Assembly (NCBI GenBank): GCA_002937995.1
Contig: PTLG01000003.1
Coordinates: 1-44,673 of the forward strand
Direction: 5' to 3'
Origin: Alphaproteobacteria bacterium MarineAlpha3_Bin7
GTDB lineage: Bacteria; Pseudomonadota; Alphaproteobacteria; Rhodospirillales; UBA2165
Length of the DNA stretch: 44,673 bases
Positions 9,495 to 19,829 of this stretch are shown in pieces; the first letter of the stretch is position 1, and each line of letters starts with the position of its first letter. Under the pieces are notes generated by a model. It was not told where the DNA came from and made no database searches. It worked only from the letters and a program-made list of their open reading frames with translations. A program made the translations under genes and the position numbers.

Positions 9495-10079
9495 CTAACT
9501 TGGTTTCCAATCGTCTAGACCTATTGAATCTGCTACGCGCTGGCGCCATTGATTTATTGGCTCACAAGTCCCATATTGTTTGACCATTTTTTCAGTATAA
9601 TCAGTTATTTCCTTATCCGTTAAATTAAAATTAAGGTCATCCCTAAATGGCTGCTCAACATACCAATCGGTATCTACATATAGTTCGACCCTATTATTTT
9701 CTGGATCCTTAAAGTATATACTCCAGGCAACCCCATGATTAATAGCATAAAGATCAGTAATATCCGCTCTCTTTTCAAGGATATTCCAGAATTTACGAAG
9801 ATCTGGCAGTGTTTCAACCAGAAAAGAAATTTGGTTTATCACATTGAAAGATATTTCCTCTGGTTTACCAGAAATCAAAACAATTTGATGATGAACCATA
9901 GGGTCTCGGGTTAAGAATACTAAATCTGCCTTGATGTCATGCCCCTCAATATAGCCTTCATCAGTACGATGCATCTTAAATAATTTTTGATAGAAGTCCG
10001 CCATACGTTCTATGTCTGTCACCCAAAAGCCAAAATGAGTGAAACGAGCATTTGGGGAAACAATATCTGTACTTGTCAT
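9495..10079 (-). CDS. VOC/glyoxalase family protein
   Basis: FTHFGFWVTD, HHQIVL, INHGVAWSIYFKDPENNRVELYVD. Confidence 0.88.
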   Translation of the reverse strand: MTSTDIVSPNARFTHFGFWVTDIERMADFYQKLFKMHRTDEGYIEGHDIKADLVFLTRDPMVHHQIVLISGKPEEISFNVINQISFLVETLPDLRKFWNILEKRADITDLYAINHGVAWSIYFKDPENNRVELYVDTDWYVEQPFRDDLNFNLTDKEITDYTEKMVKQYGTCEPINQWRQRVADSIGLDDWKPS

Positions 10080-10240
10080 ATATTACTCCATCTATATTTT
10101 ATCTATCTCGAACGATACAACTATATCTTGTTATGATCATTGTTTAGTTTAGGGTTTTAAGCTGTTTTTTAAAGACTACTTAAGGATAACCAACTACTAC
10201 CCAGCTGCAAATAAATTGAATAAAAACTATAAATAAAACT

Positions 10241-11152
10241 ATGCGAGAGCGTCTCAAAATTATTACTCAAAAAATCGCCTACCGAGTTGGGGTAGAACCG
10301 GGAAATTTTATGGGTGTCTGCCTAGCAATTTTGTCTGGCTTTATGCTAATGATTAATGGGGCAATCGGAAAATATCTTGGCGAAGAAATACACCCATTTC
10401 TGATCACTTTTTTTAGATCTGCAATAATTGTAGCTATTTTAATGCCCGCATTTATTTTAGCTGGATACGAAAGAATAAGGCCTGCACGTCATCAATACCA
10501 ATTTTTTAATGGCTTAGTTTTTACCGGCGCAGTGGTGGGATGGTTTTGGTGTCTTCCGAGAGTACCTTTAGACATGGTAGCCGCTATTGGCTTTACCAGC
10601 CAACTCTATGCGATGCTGGGAGCAATAATTTTTTTGGGAGAAAAAACAAAGGGTTGGAGATGGGTGGTTTTATTTATTGGATTCTTAGGTGCCATGATTA
10701 TTGTAAGGCCAGGCTTTGTCGAAATTACTCCCGGGGTGTTTGTATTAATTATTACCGCTATATTATTTTCTACAAATAGGCTTATTATCAAGTGGCTGTC
10801 CACAAAAGATAGCCCTGAAGCAACTGTTGTATGGATGTCTTTTTGGACAACAATATTTACCCTACCCCTAGCATTTTTATATTGGCAACATCCCACACTT
10901 GTACAAAGTCTGTGGTTAGTAGCTATTGCTCTAGTTACTATCATTTCTCATTATACAATGACGTGGGCTCTAAAATTGGGAGATATTGGAGCAGTTGAAC
11001 CGACTACTTTCATGAGGCTTATTTGGGGTGCGATAATTGGTTTTTTTATTTTTGAAGATATCCCAGATTTATTAACTATATGCGGTGGGCTGATTGTGTT
11101 TATAACTATTATTTACTCAGCGAGAAGAGAGAGGCGAGAGGGAAAGCAGTGA
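10241..11152 (+). CDS. DMT/EamA family transporter
   Basis: About 10 hydrophobic segments; FLGEK...RW, IIVRPG and FIFEDIP motifs. Confidence 0.9.
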   Translation: MRERLKIITQKIAYRVGVEPGNFMGVCLAILSGFMLMINGAIGKYLGEEIHPFLITFFRSAIIVAILMPAFILAGYERIRPARHQYQFFNGLVFTGAVVGWFWCLPRVPLDMVAAIGFTSQLYAMLGAIIFLGEKTKGWRWVVLFIGFLGAMIIVRPGFVEITPGVFVLIITAILFSTNRLIIKWLSTKDSPEATVVWMSFWTTIFTLPLAFLYWQHPTLVQSLWLVAIALVTIISHYTMTWALKLGDIGAVEPTTFMRLIWGAIIGFFIFEDIPDLLTICGGLIVFITIIYSARRERREGKQ

Positions 11153-11169
11153 TAACAGCTGCTTAATAA

Positions 11170-12435
11170 TCATACAGACACAGGTAAAAAAGAAAGCCCC
11201 CTAAATCTTGCCCGACCATGAAATTTCTTCTCTCCGTTCAATTTCAAATTAGGAAATCTATCAACAAATTTTCCTATCGCTTTTTGACCTTCCATTCTAC
11301 CCAAAGTATTTCCCATACAAATATGTTTACCAATTCCAAATGCTATTTGTGGATTAGGTCTCCTGCTGATATCAACCTTTTCTGGATTATTGAAGATTTC
11401 GGGATCTCTATTAGCCGCACCTAAGCAGGTGTGAAGAAATGAACCCCCAGGAATAAGTATTTTCTCCCCTTCTGGCCCAAACTCTGTATCCTCGATTACC
11501 TTCCGATTGCCAATTTGTAGTGGGCTCTGAAATCTTAGAAATTCCTCTGTTGCCGTCTTTATAAGACCTGGTTCATTTCGTAGCAACTCTAACTGATCAG
11601 GAAAATCAAGTAGAGTACCTATTCCATTACTTACTAAACTCGCTGTAGTCTCATGACCAGCATTTAAAAGAAAAATACAATTTTGCACAAGTTCAACAGG
11701 AGTTAACTTTCTTCCATCAACTTCCCCAAAAATAAGTGAAACAAGTACCTCCCCCATTTCCGCACCATATGGAGTTAATCTTCTTTTTGCTATCAAGTCT
11801 TCCAGTAACCCCCCAAATTCTTCAACAGCCTTATGACCCTCATCAATTTTTTCTGGGGATACAATAGGATCCAGAGCACCCAATATGAGTGTAGAGTAGT
11901 GATGCATTTTATTACGGTGCTCTTCGGGTATACCTAACATATCCGCAATAATTTCAGTGGGAAGTGCTAGTCCATAATCTTGCACAACATCAAATTCCCC
12001 CTTTGCCTCAACATTATCGAGTAACTTATCCACTATTCCATCTATCACCGAGTCTAACTCATTCATTTTTTTTGGTGTAAAAGCCTCAGACATAAGTTTC
12101 CTTACAATGGAGTGATAAGGATCATCATTAAAGACTAGACTAGTTGTATGGTGCACATATAAAGGTCCGTCCCCGAACCTAGGCTTAAAATCCTGAGTCT
12201 TATCAGAACTCATGTTAGGCGACTTGAAAGCTTTAACCACATCATCGTATCGGGTCAAAAAGTAAGTGCCATCAGGATTAATATGAACAGGGTCATGTTC
12301 TCTTAATATTTGATAGGTAGGGAATGGGTCGTCCAGGAACCCTTGATCAATGCTTTGGATATCAAACGCTTTTGCTTTTTCGTAATCTGAAAGTTGACTG
12401 TTCATCCGCAACGACCCTTCAGCATTCTCTATCAA
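11170..12435 (-). CDS. Cytochrome P450
   Basis: I-helix AGHETT, K-helix EEFLR, heme motif FGIGKHICMG; alternative start ATG at 12405. Confidence 0.96.
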   Translation of the reverse strand: MIENAEGSLRMNSQLSDYEKAKAFDIQSIDQGFLDDPFPTYQILREHDPVHINPDGTYFLTRYDDVVKAFKSPNMSSDKTQDFKPRFGDGPLYVHHTTSLVFNDDPYHSIVRKLMSEAFTPKKMNELDSVIDGIVDKLLDNVEAKGEFDVVQDYGLALPTEIIADMLGIPEEHRNKMHHYSTLILGALDPIVSPEKIDEGHKAVEEFGGLLEDLIAKRRLTPYGAEMGEVLVSLIFGEVDGRKLTPVELVQNCIFLLNAGHETTASLVSNGIGTLLDFPDQLELLRNEPGLIKTATEEFLRFQSPLQIGNRKVIEDTEFGPEGEKILIPGGSFLHTCLGAANRDPEIFNNPEKVDISRRPNPQIAFGIGKHICMGNTLGRMEGQKAIGKFVDRFPNLKLNGEKKFHGRARFRGLSFLPVSV

Positions 12436-12437
12436 AC

Positions 12438-15400
12438 CTACTCTGCTGGCTCTAACTCTTTGTCACTAGCAATTTGCCTAGAACTAGATTTTTCAAAAAA
12501 CAATTGTGAACTTCCATCCCACAATTCCACCTCTACTAATGAGGAACTAGTGGCCATAGAATGCGCCTGCTTTATTTGACTTCTCTTGGGAGTCAATTGA
12601 TTTAAACACCCGCCGCGATCTACTGAGTTTCCTGGTTCACCCATAGGTTCGTAAGTAGCACACGACTCATAGCCATGAACTAATCCTTTTCGTAACCTTT
12701 GCGTTGGAAAAGCGGCACAAATAACTGCACCTCGGTCATTATAAACTTTAACCAGAGATTTATATTTAATATTTCGTTCTTTGGCATCATCAGAGTTAAT
12801 ACGCAACGTCCAATAAAAGAAACCCTCAACTTCTATCCTGTGATCAATTATGTCATTAATAAAAGCATCTTTGCCATCGCCCTGGCTATGGTAACTAAAC
12901 CTTGCATGCGGTGTTAACAATTGAAGAGGGAACTTTCCTACACGCTCTTTAGCAGACGGTCCCTCCCATGATGGATTATATTTTACTATAGTGGGACGCT
13001 CAGGATCATTGGGGTCAAATCTTTTCAAGGTATTGCAATCAAACTCTATCTTTCCCGACTGCGTCTGCAATCCTCGCAGAAACTCTTCAGTATAATCTGA
13101 AGGTAGAGGGTGTGGCTCGGGGACATCTTTTTTTCTGCCTTCGGCAAACCATCTAAATGAAACTGGCGGCCTCAATTCTTCTTTTAGAGGTGGAACTACA
13201 AAATAGCCTTTTCGCAAAAACTTTTTCCATGAAATATGAAGGGGTAAATCTGAGGCTTCAAACTGCCTTTTTACCCAGTCCAACTCACTCATTCCCTCAG
13301 AAAACAACAAGCCAAGTCCTAACTTTTTTGAAATCTCAAGAAAAATTTGGTAGTCAGACTTTGACTCCCCCAGAGGTTCAATACACTTATGTTGGAAAAC
13401 TACTACCCTGTGGTTAAGTTGGTTTTGACCATGGTGTGTATATCCGCCTATGCCAGCCCACTCACTAATATCTGGCCTCTCTAGATTTGTACAGGCTGGC
13501 AAAATAATATCAGCAAATTTAGCATCACCTTCCATCCAAATTGACTGATTTACAACAAATTCTAATTTATCCGTTCTATACATCTTAACATATCTATTGG
13601 TATCACTCATGGTGCCAAATAGAGAGCTGCCGTACTTATATAACATCTTAACTGGAGCATGCCCCTTTTTGGGGTAAACTATTTTGTCAAATTGGCTCTC
13701 TATTGATTTCCCATTCCATGAATAGCCCTCAGCTTTTCCTTCTAATATAGCTTCAGGCAACTGCAGACGGGGTATTTTCTGTGTACTAGTATTAACTGTG
13801 GGTAGTTGAGGCATGCGCTGGTATAATGCAACAGACAATGCCGTACCCTGAAGGTCGCCAGACATACCACCATCGGCATACCCAGGAAAATAAAAATTGA
13901 GATCAACCGGCGTAGAGCGCTGCATATTCCCTAGATTAATGCCTGGCTTACCAATACCCTGCATAGCCATGAGACAGACCATGGTTCTAGCCCACTGAAT
14001 TCCAGTAGAATTCCTACAAGCACCACCATACCCATTTCCAGCGCCACCAGCGGATAAATAGACTTTTTTATTTCCCCACTCTCTTGCTAATGCCCTAACA
14101 TCCTTTGCTGGAACTCCAGTTTCTACCTCCTGCCACTCAGGTGTTTTTTCTATTCCATCCTCGACCCCAAGTATGTAATCTTTCCATACTTCAAAGCCTT
14201 CTGTTCGCTTGGACACATAGTCCTTATCGTAAAGATCCTCTGTTATCCATATATAGGCAATGGCTAAAGCTAGAGCTGGGTCAGTAGTGGGCTTTGGAGA
14301 GATCCATTTTCCGCCCAACATTTGCGCCGTATCATTATAATGAGGATCAATATGTACAAACTTGATATCAAGCTCTTTCAGCCACTGGCGTCTTATACTC
14401 CCTTCCTGAGATGCATAATTTCCACTTGTTGACTCGGGGTTAGAGGACCAAAAAACAACCATTTCACAGTGCTTAAGAAGGTCCTCCACTGTTCCATAGT
14501 TTTCTGACATACCAACCCTCAAAGAATGTCCCCAATGATGCAAACCACCCCAATACCACCCTTCCCAGCTATCTGGATTATGGTGTACCTCGGTATGTCC
14601 AATTAAATTCATAAATCTAAAATTAGCCGAGAGGTAATAGCCTATGTTTCCCCATGTATGGTGTGAACCATGACTGGAAGCAATAGCGCCTGTACCATAG
14701 TCTCTTTTCATGCGTTTTATTTCACTAGCAACTATATCTAGGGCTTCGTCCCAACTTATTCTCTCGTACCCATCCACACCCCTGTCTTTACAATTTCGCT
14801 CACCGTTTGGATCAAAACCAATCCTTTTCATTGGATAAAGTATTCGGTCCGGAGAATACACAGCCGACTTCCAATTTTGTCCATGCGGGGATAAGCTTGT
14901 TTTTCGAGGTGGAGTGAATTTTTTTCCTCTTGCTTTAATAGTCCATGTACTAGGATCCGTGTCATCAAATTCCATATTTGTGGTCCTTATAATTTTTTCA
15001 TCCTTTACATAGACAAAAATTGGACCGCCATTGGTCATACTTGTGTAACGAATTGACCCATCGTTTAATTTAATTCCGTATTTCCAATTGTAGCACTGGG
15101 TTAACATTATTGTTTGAGCAAACCAGTATGTGAGTTCATCTGGGCCATCCATAGACAAGTTAAACTCCTTTTGAGCGTCTATCTGCTCCTGATAATCTAC
15201 TGGAGGCATAAGTAGTCTGATGGCGAGTTGTTCTGTTTTAAAGGCTAAACAAACGTCAGGAGTTGGGTGGATCCCAGCTTCAGACTTTAATTTTCCTTTG
15301 CCAAAGATATAAAATCTACCTTTAGTATTATCTGATACCTTTATCTGCGCCACAAAACTCTTCTCTTTTAGGCGCCGTCGAAAGCTAGTATTTCTCCAAG

Positions 15401-15452
15401 CCACAAACCTTATTAAGAGGTCTAGACCAAGAAGAATAAAATATAGTCTCAT
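12438..15452 (-). CDS. Molybdopterin (bis-MGD, DMSO reductase family) oxidoreductase, pyrogallol-phloroglucinol transhydroxylase large subunit-like, with an ~130-aa N-terminal extension
   Basis: [60 protein letters not shown] and DRGGCLN match my recollection of Pelobacter AthL; no N-terminal 4Fe-4S Cys motif. Confidence 0.88.
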   Translation of the reverse strand: MRLYFILLGLDLLIRFVAWRNTSFRRRLKEKSFVAQIKVSDNTKGRFYIFGKGKLKSEAGIHPTPDVCLAFKTEQLAIRLLMPPVDYQEQIDAQKEFNLSMDGPDELTYWFAQTIMLTQCYNWKYGIKLNDGSIRYTSMTNGGPIFVYVKDEKIIRTTNMEFDDTDPSTWTIKARGKKFTPPRKTSLSPHGQNWKSAVYSPDRILYPMKRIGFDPNGERNCKDRGVDGYERISWDEALDIVASEIKRMKRDYGTGAIASSHGSHHTWGNIGYYLSANFRFMNLIGHTEVHHNPDSWEGWYWGGLHHWGHSLRVGMSENYGTVEDLLKHCEMVVFWSSNPESTSGNYASQEGSIRRQWLKELDIKFVHIDPHYNDTAQMLGGKWISPKPTTDPALALAIAYIWITEDLYDKDYVSKRTEGFEVWKDYILGVEDGIEKTPEWQEVETGVPAKDVRALAREWGNKKVYLSAGGAGNGYGGACRNSTGIQWARTMVCLMAMQGIGKPGINLGNMQRSTPVDLNFYFPGYADGGMSGDLQGTALSVALYQRMPQLPTVNTSTQKIPRLQLPEAILEGKAEGYSWNGKSIESQFDKIVYPKKGHAPVKMLYKYGSSLFGTMSDTNRYVKMYRTDKLEFVVNQSIWMEGDAKFADIILPACTNLERPDISEWAGIGGYTHHGQNQLNHRVVVFQHKCIEPLGESKSDYQIFLEISKKLGLGLLFSEGMSELDWVKRQFEASDLPLHISWKKFLRKGYFVVPPLKEELRPPVSFRWFAEGRKKDVPEPHPLPSDYTEEFLRGLQTQSGKIEFDCNTLKRFDPNDPERPTIVKYNPSWEGPSAKERVGKFPLQLLTPHARFSYHSQGDGKDAFINDIIDHRIEVEGFFYWTLRINSDDAKERNIKYKSLVKVYNDRGAVICAAFPTQRLRKGLVHGYESCATYEPMGEPGNSVDRGGCLNQLTPKRSQIKQAHSMATSSSLVEVELWDGSSQLFFEKSSSRQIASDKELEPAE

Positions 15453-15461
15453 AACGTACCC

Positions 15462-16763
15462 CTATGAGGCAGGCATTATTATTGACCGACACTCACCAAA
15501 ACCAATTCGAGCCTTTCCAGCGCCAGCACACCATGCTCGCATAATTACTTCATCTCCATCTTCCAGAAATGTTCGAGTTTCCCCACTGGGAAACTCAATT
15601 TTTTCTTTTCCTCCCTTACAGGCCTCCAAAATACTGCCATACGTGTCTGAGGTTGTTCCAGAAACCGTGCCACTACCGTACAGATCGCCTGAATTTACGC
15701 TGCAACCATTACTGGTGTGGTGTGTCAACATTTGAAAAATAGTCCAGTACATATCCTTAAAGCCAGGACTACCAATCACGTGAGGGTCTAGATTACTAGC
15801 TCTCATTTTTTCCGTACTAACCGCAACTTCAATATTAATATCAATACCCCCAAAGTCCTGGTGACTGCTTGAGTTGAGATATGGAAGTGGCATTGGATCG
15901 CCATCTGGCCGCTCAAATACTTTGGTCCGAAATGGCGCTAGAGCTTCCAAAGTAACGACCCAAGGGGATATTATGGAACTAAAATTTTTTGCCATGAATG
16001 GACCTAACGGCTGATATTCCCAGGTTTGGATATCTCGAGCAGACCAGTCATTTAATATACAAAGCCCAAAGATATGGTTTTCGACTTCTCCAATATCTAT
16101 ACTGGTACCCAGTTTAGTTGAGGATCCCACAAAAATCCCCAGCTCTGTCTCGTAATCAAGGCGTTTGCATGGACCAAACTCTGGAACCTCGGCGTCTGGA
16201 GGCTTAAGCTGGCCTTTAGGTCTGATAGTCTGCTCACCACTTACCCTTATTGAAGAAGTTCGGCCATGATAGGCGATGGGTACATATTTGTAATTTGGAA
16301 GTAATGGATTATCTGGGCGAAACATACTTCCCACATTAGTAGCATGATTTATTGAAGAGTAAAAATCAGTAAAATCACCTATACTGGCTGGCAATCCCAT
16401 CTCTGCCTCCTGCATAGAAACCAGACAAGAACTAGCTTCCTCTTGAGGACCACCTAATTTTAATAGTGCTGATACATTTGCTCTAAACTCTGACCAATCC
16501 ACTGGACCCAGATCCATAAAAGAATTTAGGGTTGAAGATTTGCATGCTTCTACCCCAACGCCAGATAACAATCCAATATCTGCTGCCTTGGAAATATCTA
16601 ATATAAAATTGCCTATACCGACACCGCACCTAAATTGCTCTTTTTCATTTGCTCTGAAAACACCGAGCGGGAGGTTTTGTATAGGAAAATCTGTACTATC
16701 CTCGTTAGCCGAGTCTACCCAGCTTTTAAGGTTTACGTCGTGTGTTGAGTTTAAATCTATCAT
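15462..16763 (-). CDS. fahA: Fumarylacetoacetase
   Basis: DFPIQNLPLGVF, DFTDFYSSINHATNVG, YHGRTSS, LDYETE, NDWSARDIQ; start ATG at 16763, 1 bp after the hmgA stop. Confidence 0.95.
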   Translation of the reverse strand: MIDLNSTHDVNLKSWVDSANEDSTDFPIQNLPLGVFRANEKEQFRCGVGIGNFILDISKAADIGLLSGVGVEACKSSTLNSFMDLGPVDWSEFRANVSALLKLGGPQEEASSCLVSMQEAEMGLPASIGDFTDFYSSINHATNVGSMFRPDNPLLPNYKYVPIAYHGRTSSIRVSGEQTIRPKGQLKPPDAEVPEFGPCKRLDYETELGIFVGSSTKLGTSIDIGEVENHIFGLCILNDWSARDIQTWEYQPLGPFMAKNFSSIISPWVVTLEALAPFRTKVFERPDGDPMPLPYLNSSSHQDFGGIDINIEVAVSTEKMRASNLDPHVIGSPGFKDMYWTIFQMLTHHTSNGCSVNSGDLYGSGTVSGTTSDTYGSILEACKGGKEKIEFPSGETRTFLEDGDEVIMRAWCAGAGKARIGFGECRSIIMPAS

Positions 16764-16764
16764 T

Positions 16765-18075
16765 TTAATCCATACTTTCGTTAAAGTGTTTTTTAAGCCC
16801 TTGCCAACATTTAAAATATTCAGCCTGTAGACAGGGCGTCTGCATGGCAAATTCTGTTAGTCTATAAACGTAACGGGTCTCAAACATAAATGCCATTGAA
16901 CCATCAATATATACTGGCTCTAAATCAGCTATACTAGCAGCTTCAAAAACGTCCGCATCATTTCCATGAGGGGACATACTATTGTGAAGACTGCTGCCAC
17001 CAGGAACAAATCCCTCTTTTCGGCCATCATATTCGCCCCTGATTAGACCCATAAACTCACTCATAATATTTCTGTGATACCAAGGAGGCCGATAGGTATT
17101 ATTAGCAACTATCCAACGAGGTGGAAATATTACGAAATCTACATTGGCGACCCCCATTGTATTACTCTGGGATGTTAGTACGGTATAGACACTTGGGTCT
17201 ATATGATCGAAACTAATTGACCCAACCGCATTAAAGTTTGCTAGGTCATATTTGTAAGGTGCAAAATTTCCATGCCAGGCAACTACGTCCAGAGGAATAT
17301 GATTAATTTCCGCCTGCCATATGTTACCTCCAAATTTAGAAATTAACTTAAAGTCACCCTCCTTGTCTTCATACCTTGCCACCGGATACAAAAAATCGCG
17401 AGGGTTAGCTAACCCATTGGAACCTATTGGTCCCAAGTCCGGCAGGCGCATGGCCGAGCCATAATTTTCTAATACATACCCCCGCGATGGGCCATCAGGG
17501 AGTTTTACCTGAAATTTAACACCTCTGGGAATAACTGCTATCTCGTTCGGATTCACCTCAAGAAGACCCATCTCTGTGTAAAGCTGAAGTGCTCCCTGTT
17601 GAGGCACAAGTAACATTTCTCCATCCGCATTATAAAAATATTTATCTTCCATAGAACTATTTGCTGCGTAAATATGTATGGCAAGTCCCGCCATCCCGAC
17701 TTCACCTGCTCCCATCATTGTAACAAGACCGGAGATGAAGTCTGTTTTGTCATCAGGTATGGGTAGCGGATCCCAGCGCATTTGGTTCGGATTCGGCGGA
17801 ACATCGTTAAACGGAGCCCCCTTAATCAAACTTTTAGATAATTGCTTAAACGGCTTATGCTTAACAGAGGGCCTTATCCTATAAAACCAGGTTCTTAAAT
17901 TATGGTCCCTGGGCGCTGTAAAAGCTGTGCCGCTAAATTGCTCAGCATAAAGACCATATGGAACCTGTTGAGGCGAATTTCTGCCCTTAGGCAAAGCACC
18001 AGGCAACGCCTCTGTAGCAAACTCGTTCCCAAACCCACTCTGATATTGAGTAGTTACTGACACGGAAGTATCCAT
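16765..18075 (-). CDS. hmgA: Homogentisate 1,2-dioxygenase
   Basis: [47 protein letters not shown] and HNSMSPHG (Fe ligands). Confidence 0.97.
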   Translation of the reverse strand: MDTSVSVTTQYQSGFGNEFATEALPGALPKGRNSPQQVPYGLYAEQFSGTAFTAPRDHNLRTWFYRIRPSVKHKPFKQLSKSLIKGAPFNDVPPNPNQMRWDPLPIPDDKTDFISGLVTMMGAGEVGMAGLAIHIYAANSSMEDKYFYNADGEMLLVPQQGALQLYTEMGLLEVNPNEIAVIPRGVKFQVKLPDGPSRGYVLENYGSAMRLPDLGPIGSNGLANPRDFLYPVARYEDKEGDFKLISKFGGNIWQAEINHIPLDVVAWHGNFAPYKYDLANFNAVGSISFDHIDPSVYTVLTSQSNTMGVANVDFVIFPPRWIVANNTYRPPWYHRNIMSEFMGLIRGEYDGRKEGFVPGGSSLHNSMSPHGNDADVFEAASIADLEPVYIDGSMAFMFETRYVYRLTEFAMQTPCLQAEYFKCWQGLKKHFNESMD

Positions 18076-18105
18076 AATCTACATCCTCAATACTTACTAT
18101 TTAAT

Positions 18106-18127
18106 AATAGTTTCATTTGAAACTATT
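18106..18127. promoter_or_regulatory. Operator palindrome, probably bound by the adjacent MarR regulator
   Basis: AATAGTTTCA-TT-TGAAACTATT, a perfect 10-2-10 inverted repeat in the 78-bp hmgA/marR divergent gap. Confidence 0.75.
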
Positions 18128-18153
18128 TACAATTATTATATAGTAAATCAAAT

Positions 18154-18624
18154 ATGTCTACATCTGAAAAGCATACCATTATACTGGATGATTTTATACC
18201 ATACAGGTTGGCTATCCTTGCGAAAGCCGTGGGGACCAGCCTATCCAAAACTTACGAGAGCCAAGTTGGTATAACCAATCAGCAATGGCGAACACTATTT
18301 TCAATAGCGCGCAAAGCTAATTGTTCAGCATCATATGTTGTAACTCATGCTGCGCTGGACAAGGTTCAAGTAAGCCGGGCTCTTACGGGATTAATTGATA
18401 TAGGTCTTGTGGTCCGCAAATATGACAACTTGGACAGAAGAAATTCCGTACTTAACTTAACAGTAGAGGGATGGAAAACTTACAGGGAAATAGCACTAAA
18501 AGCTGAAAAATTTGAGAAAAAACTGTTAGAATCACTCAACCAAGAAGAGACCCAATTTTTGAACATTATCGTGAACAAATTAATGATAAGAACACAAGAA
18601 TTAGAGATTTTAGCCAAAAAGTAG
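18154..18624 (+). CDS. MarR family transcriptional regulator (likely hmg operon regulator)
   Basis: LDDFIPYRLAIL, LDKVQVSRAL HTH, DRRNSVLNLT wing; divergent from hmgA. Confidence 0.92.
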   Translation: MSTSEKHTIILDDFIPYRLAILAKAVGTSLSKTYESQVGITNQQWRTLFSIARKANCSASYVVTHAALDKVQVSRALTGLIDIGLVVRKYDNLDRRNSVLNLTVEGWKTYREIALKAEKFEKKLLESLNQEETQFLNIIVNKLMIRTQELEILAKK

Positions 18625-19509
18625 AACTAATATGCCACCAACAATCAATACTGTTCCGAAAACCTCGTTAACCGTGACTTTTTCCTTAAAAACTATTACG
18701 GAAGTTAAAAAAGTAAATATTAGCTCTACTTGACCAACAGCACGAACATATGCAGCATTCTGTAGCGCCATTGCTGTAAACCAGCCCACAGAACCCAGCA
18801 TACCTAATAGACCAACGAGACTTCCCCTTAATTTATATTTCCAAACCAGTTTTATTTGTCCCTTTTCATAAAAATATAGATAAATTGTCATTACCAGCAC
18901 TTGGATTGTAAGAGCTACAAATAAAGTTGCCGACGCAGATAGTATCAAGTTATCACTATCCAGAGATAATGAAGCCCCCCTATAAGACACAGCAGATATC
19001 CCCAGCAACACCCCATTTCCAAGTCCCATTAATGGTCCTTTTTGGGCCCAGGAAAAAAGCAATTCTTTGGGATCAAATGAAAACTTGGCCAACGACAAAA
19101 GACAGACTCCTACAAAACTTATCAAGATTGCAATGAACGTAACTCCTGTAATAGCCTCACCCAAAATAATAATTGTGAATAAGGCTGTTTGAAGTGTCTC
19201 AGTTTTTGAATAAGCTGTACCAACAGCAAAACTTTTCAAATGGAAAGACCTCAATAATAACCACATCGCTAGAACCTGAGCAACTCCTCCCACTATTGAA
19301 AATGCAAAAAATTGTGCGCCCCAATTTAAAGGCTGGGGATCGTAGTATCGCAGTATTATCCAGTAAACAATTGCCAATGGAAGACCAAATAAGAATCGGG
19401 TATAAGCAGCCCCCGAAGTTGATAAAACGGTGTTTATAGACTTTTGGAGAGAGTTCCGAAGATTCTGAAAAAATGCAGCTGCTAATGAGAGAAGAAGCCA
19501 AGCCTCCAA
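18610..19509 (-). CDS. DMT/EamA family transporter
   Basis: AAFFQNLRNSLQK, SFAVGTAYSKTE, AYVRAVGQVEL and FKEKV motifs; hydrophobic; TTG start. Confidence 0.88.
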   Translation of the reverse strand: MEAWLLLSLAAAFFQNLRNSLQKSINTVLSTSGAAYTRFLFGLPLAIVYWIILRYYDPQPLNWGAQFFAFSIVGGVAQVLAMWLLLRSFHLKSFAVGTAYSKTETLQTALFTIIILGEAITGVTFIAILISFVGVCLLSLAKFSFDPKELLFSWAQKGPLMGLGNGVLLGISAVSYRGASLSLDSDNLILSASATLFVALTIQVLVMTIYLYFYEKGQIKLVWKYKLRGSLVGLLGMLGSVGWFTAMALQNAAYVRAVGQVELIFTFLTSVIVFKEKVTVNEVFGTVLIVGGILVLLFG

Positions 19510-19547
19510 GTTAATCCGCCTTTCTACCTTTTATGGCTACAAACCAA

Positions 19548-19652
19548 TCAAGAGATGATTAATTGATGAATACTAATTCCAATTTGCATAATACCGTAGG
19601 CAACCATACCAAAGATTAAAGCATAAAAAAAAACTTTAAGGTGATTTTTCAT
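19548..19652 (-). CDS. Small (34 aa) putative single-pass membrane protein MKNHLKVFFYALIFGMVAYGIMQIGISIHQLIIS
   Basis: Manually translated; strong RBS (GGAGTTGGAG-TATAGAA-ATG); one hydrophobic helix; upstream of and co-oriented with the DMT gene. Confidence 0.55.
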   Translation of the reverse strand: MKNHLKVFFYALIFGMVAYGIMQIGISIHQLIIS

Positions 19653-19829
19653 TTCTATACTCCAACTCCAGAAAATTCCGTATCTCAATCGTTTGCTTAA
19701 TTTAAGCCTATGGGCAAAATTAAAAAAACTATTTTATTTTATTAATTATATTTGACTGCCTTAAAGTATTGGTATCATAAATAAATATCTATTATGAAAA
19801 CCCATTTCCTACTTGGAGAATGAATTTAA

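Noticed and set aside
16764-16850. ORF-track N-terminal extension of fahA
   Set aside because: It overlaps the hmgA 3' end; homology begins at MIDLNSTHD (ATG 16763)
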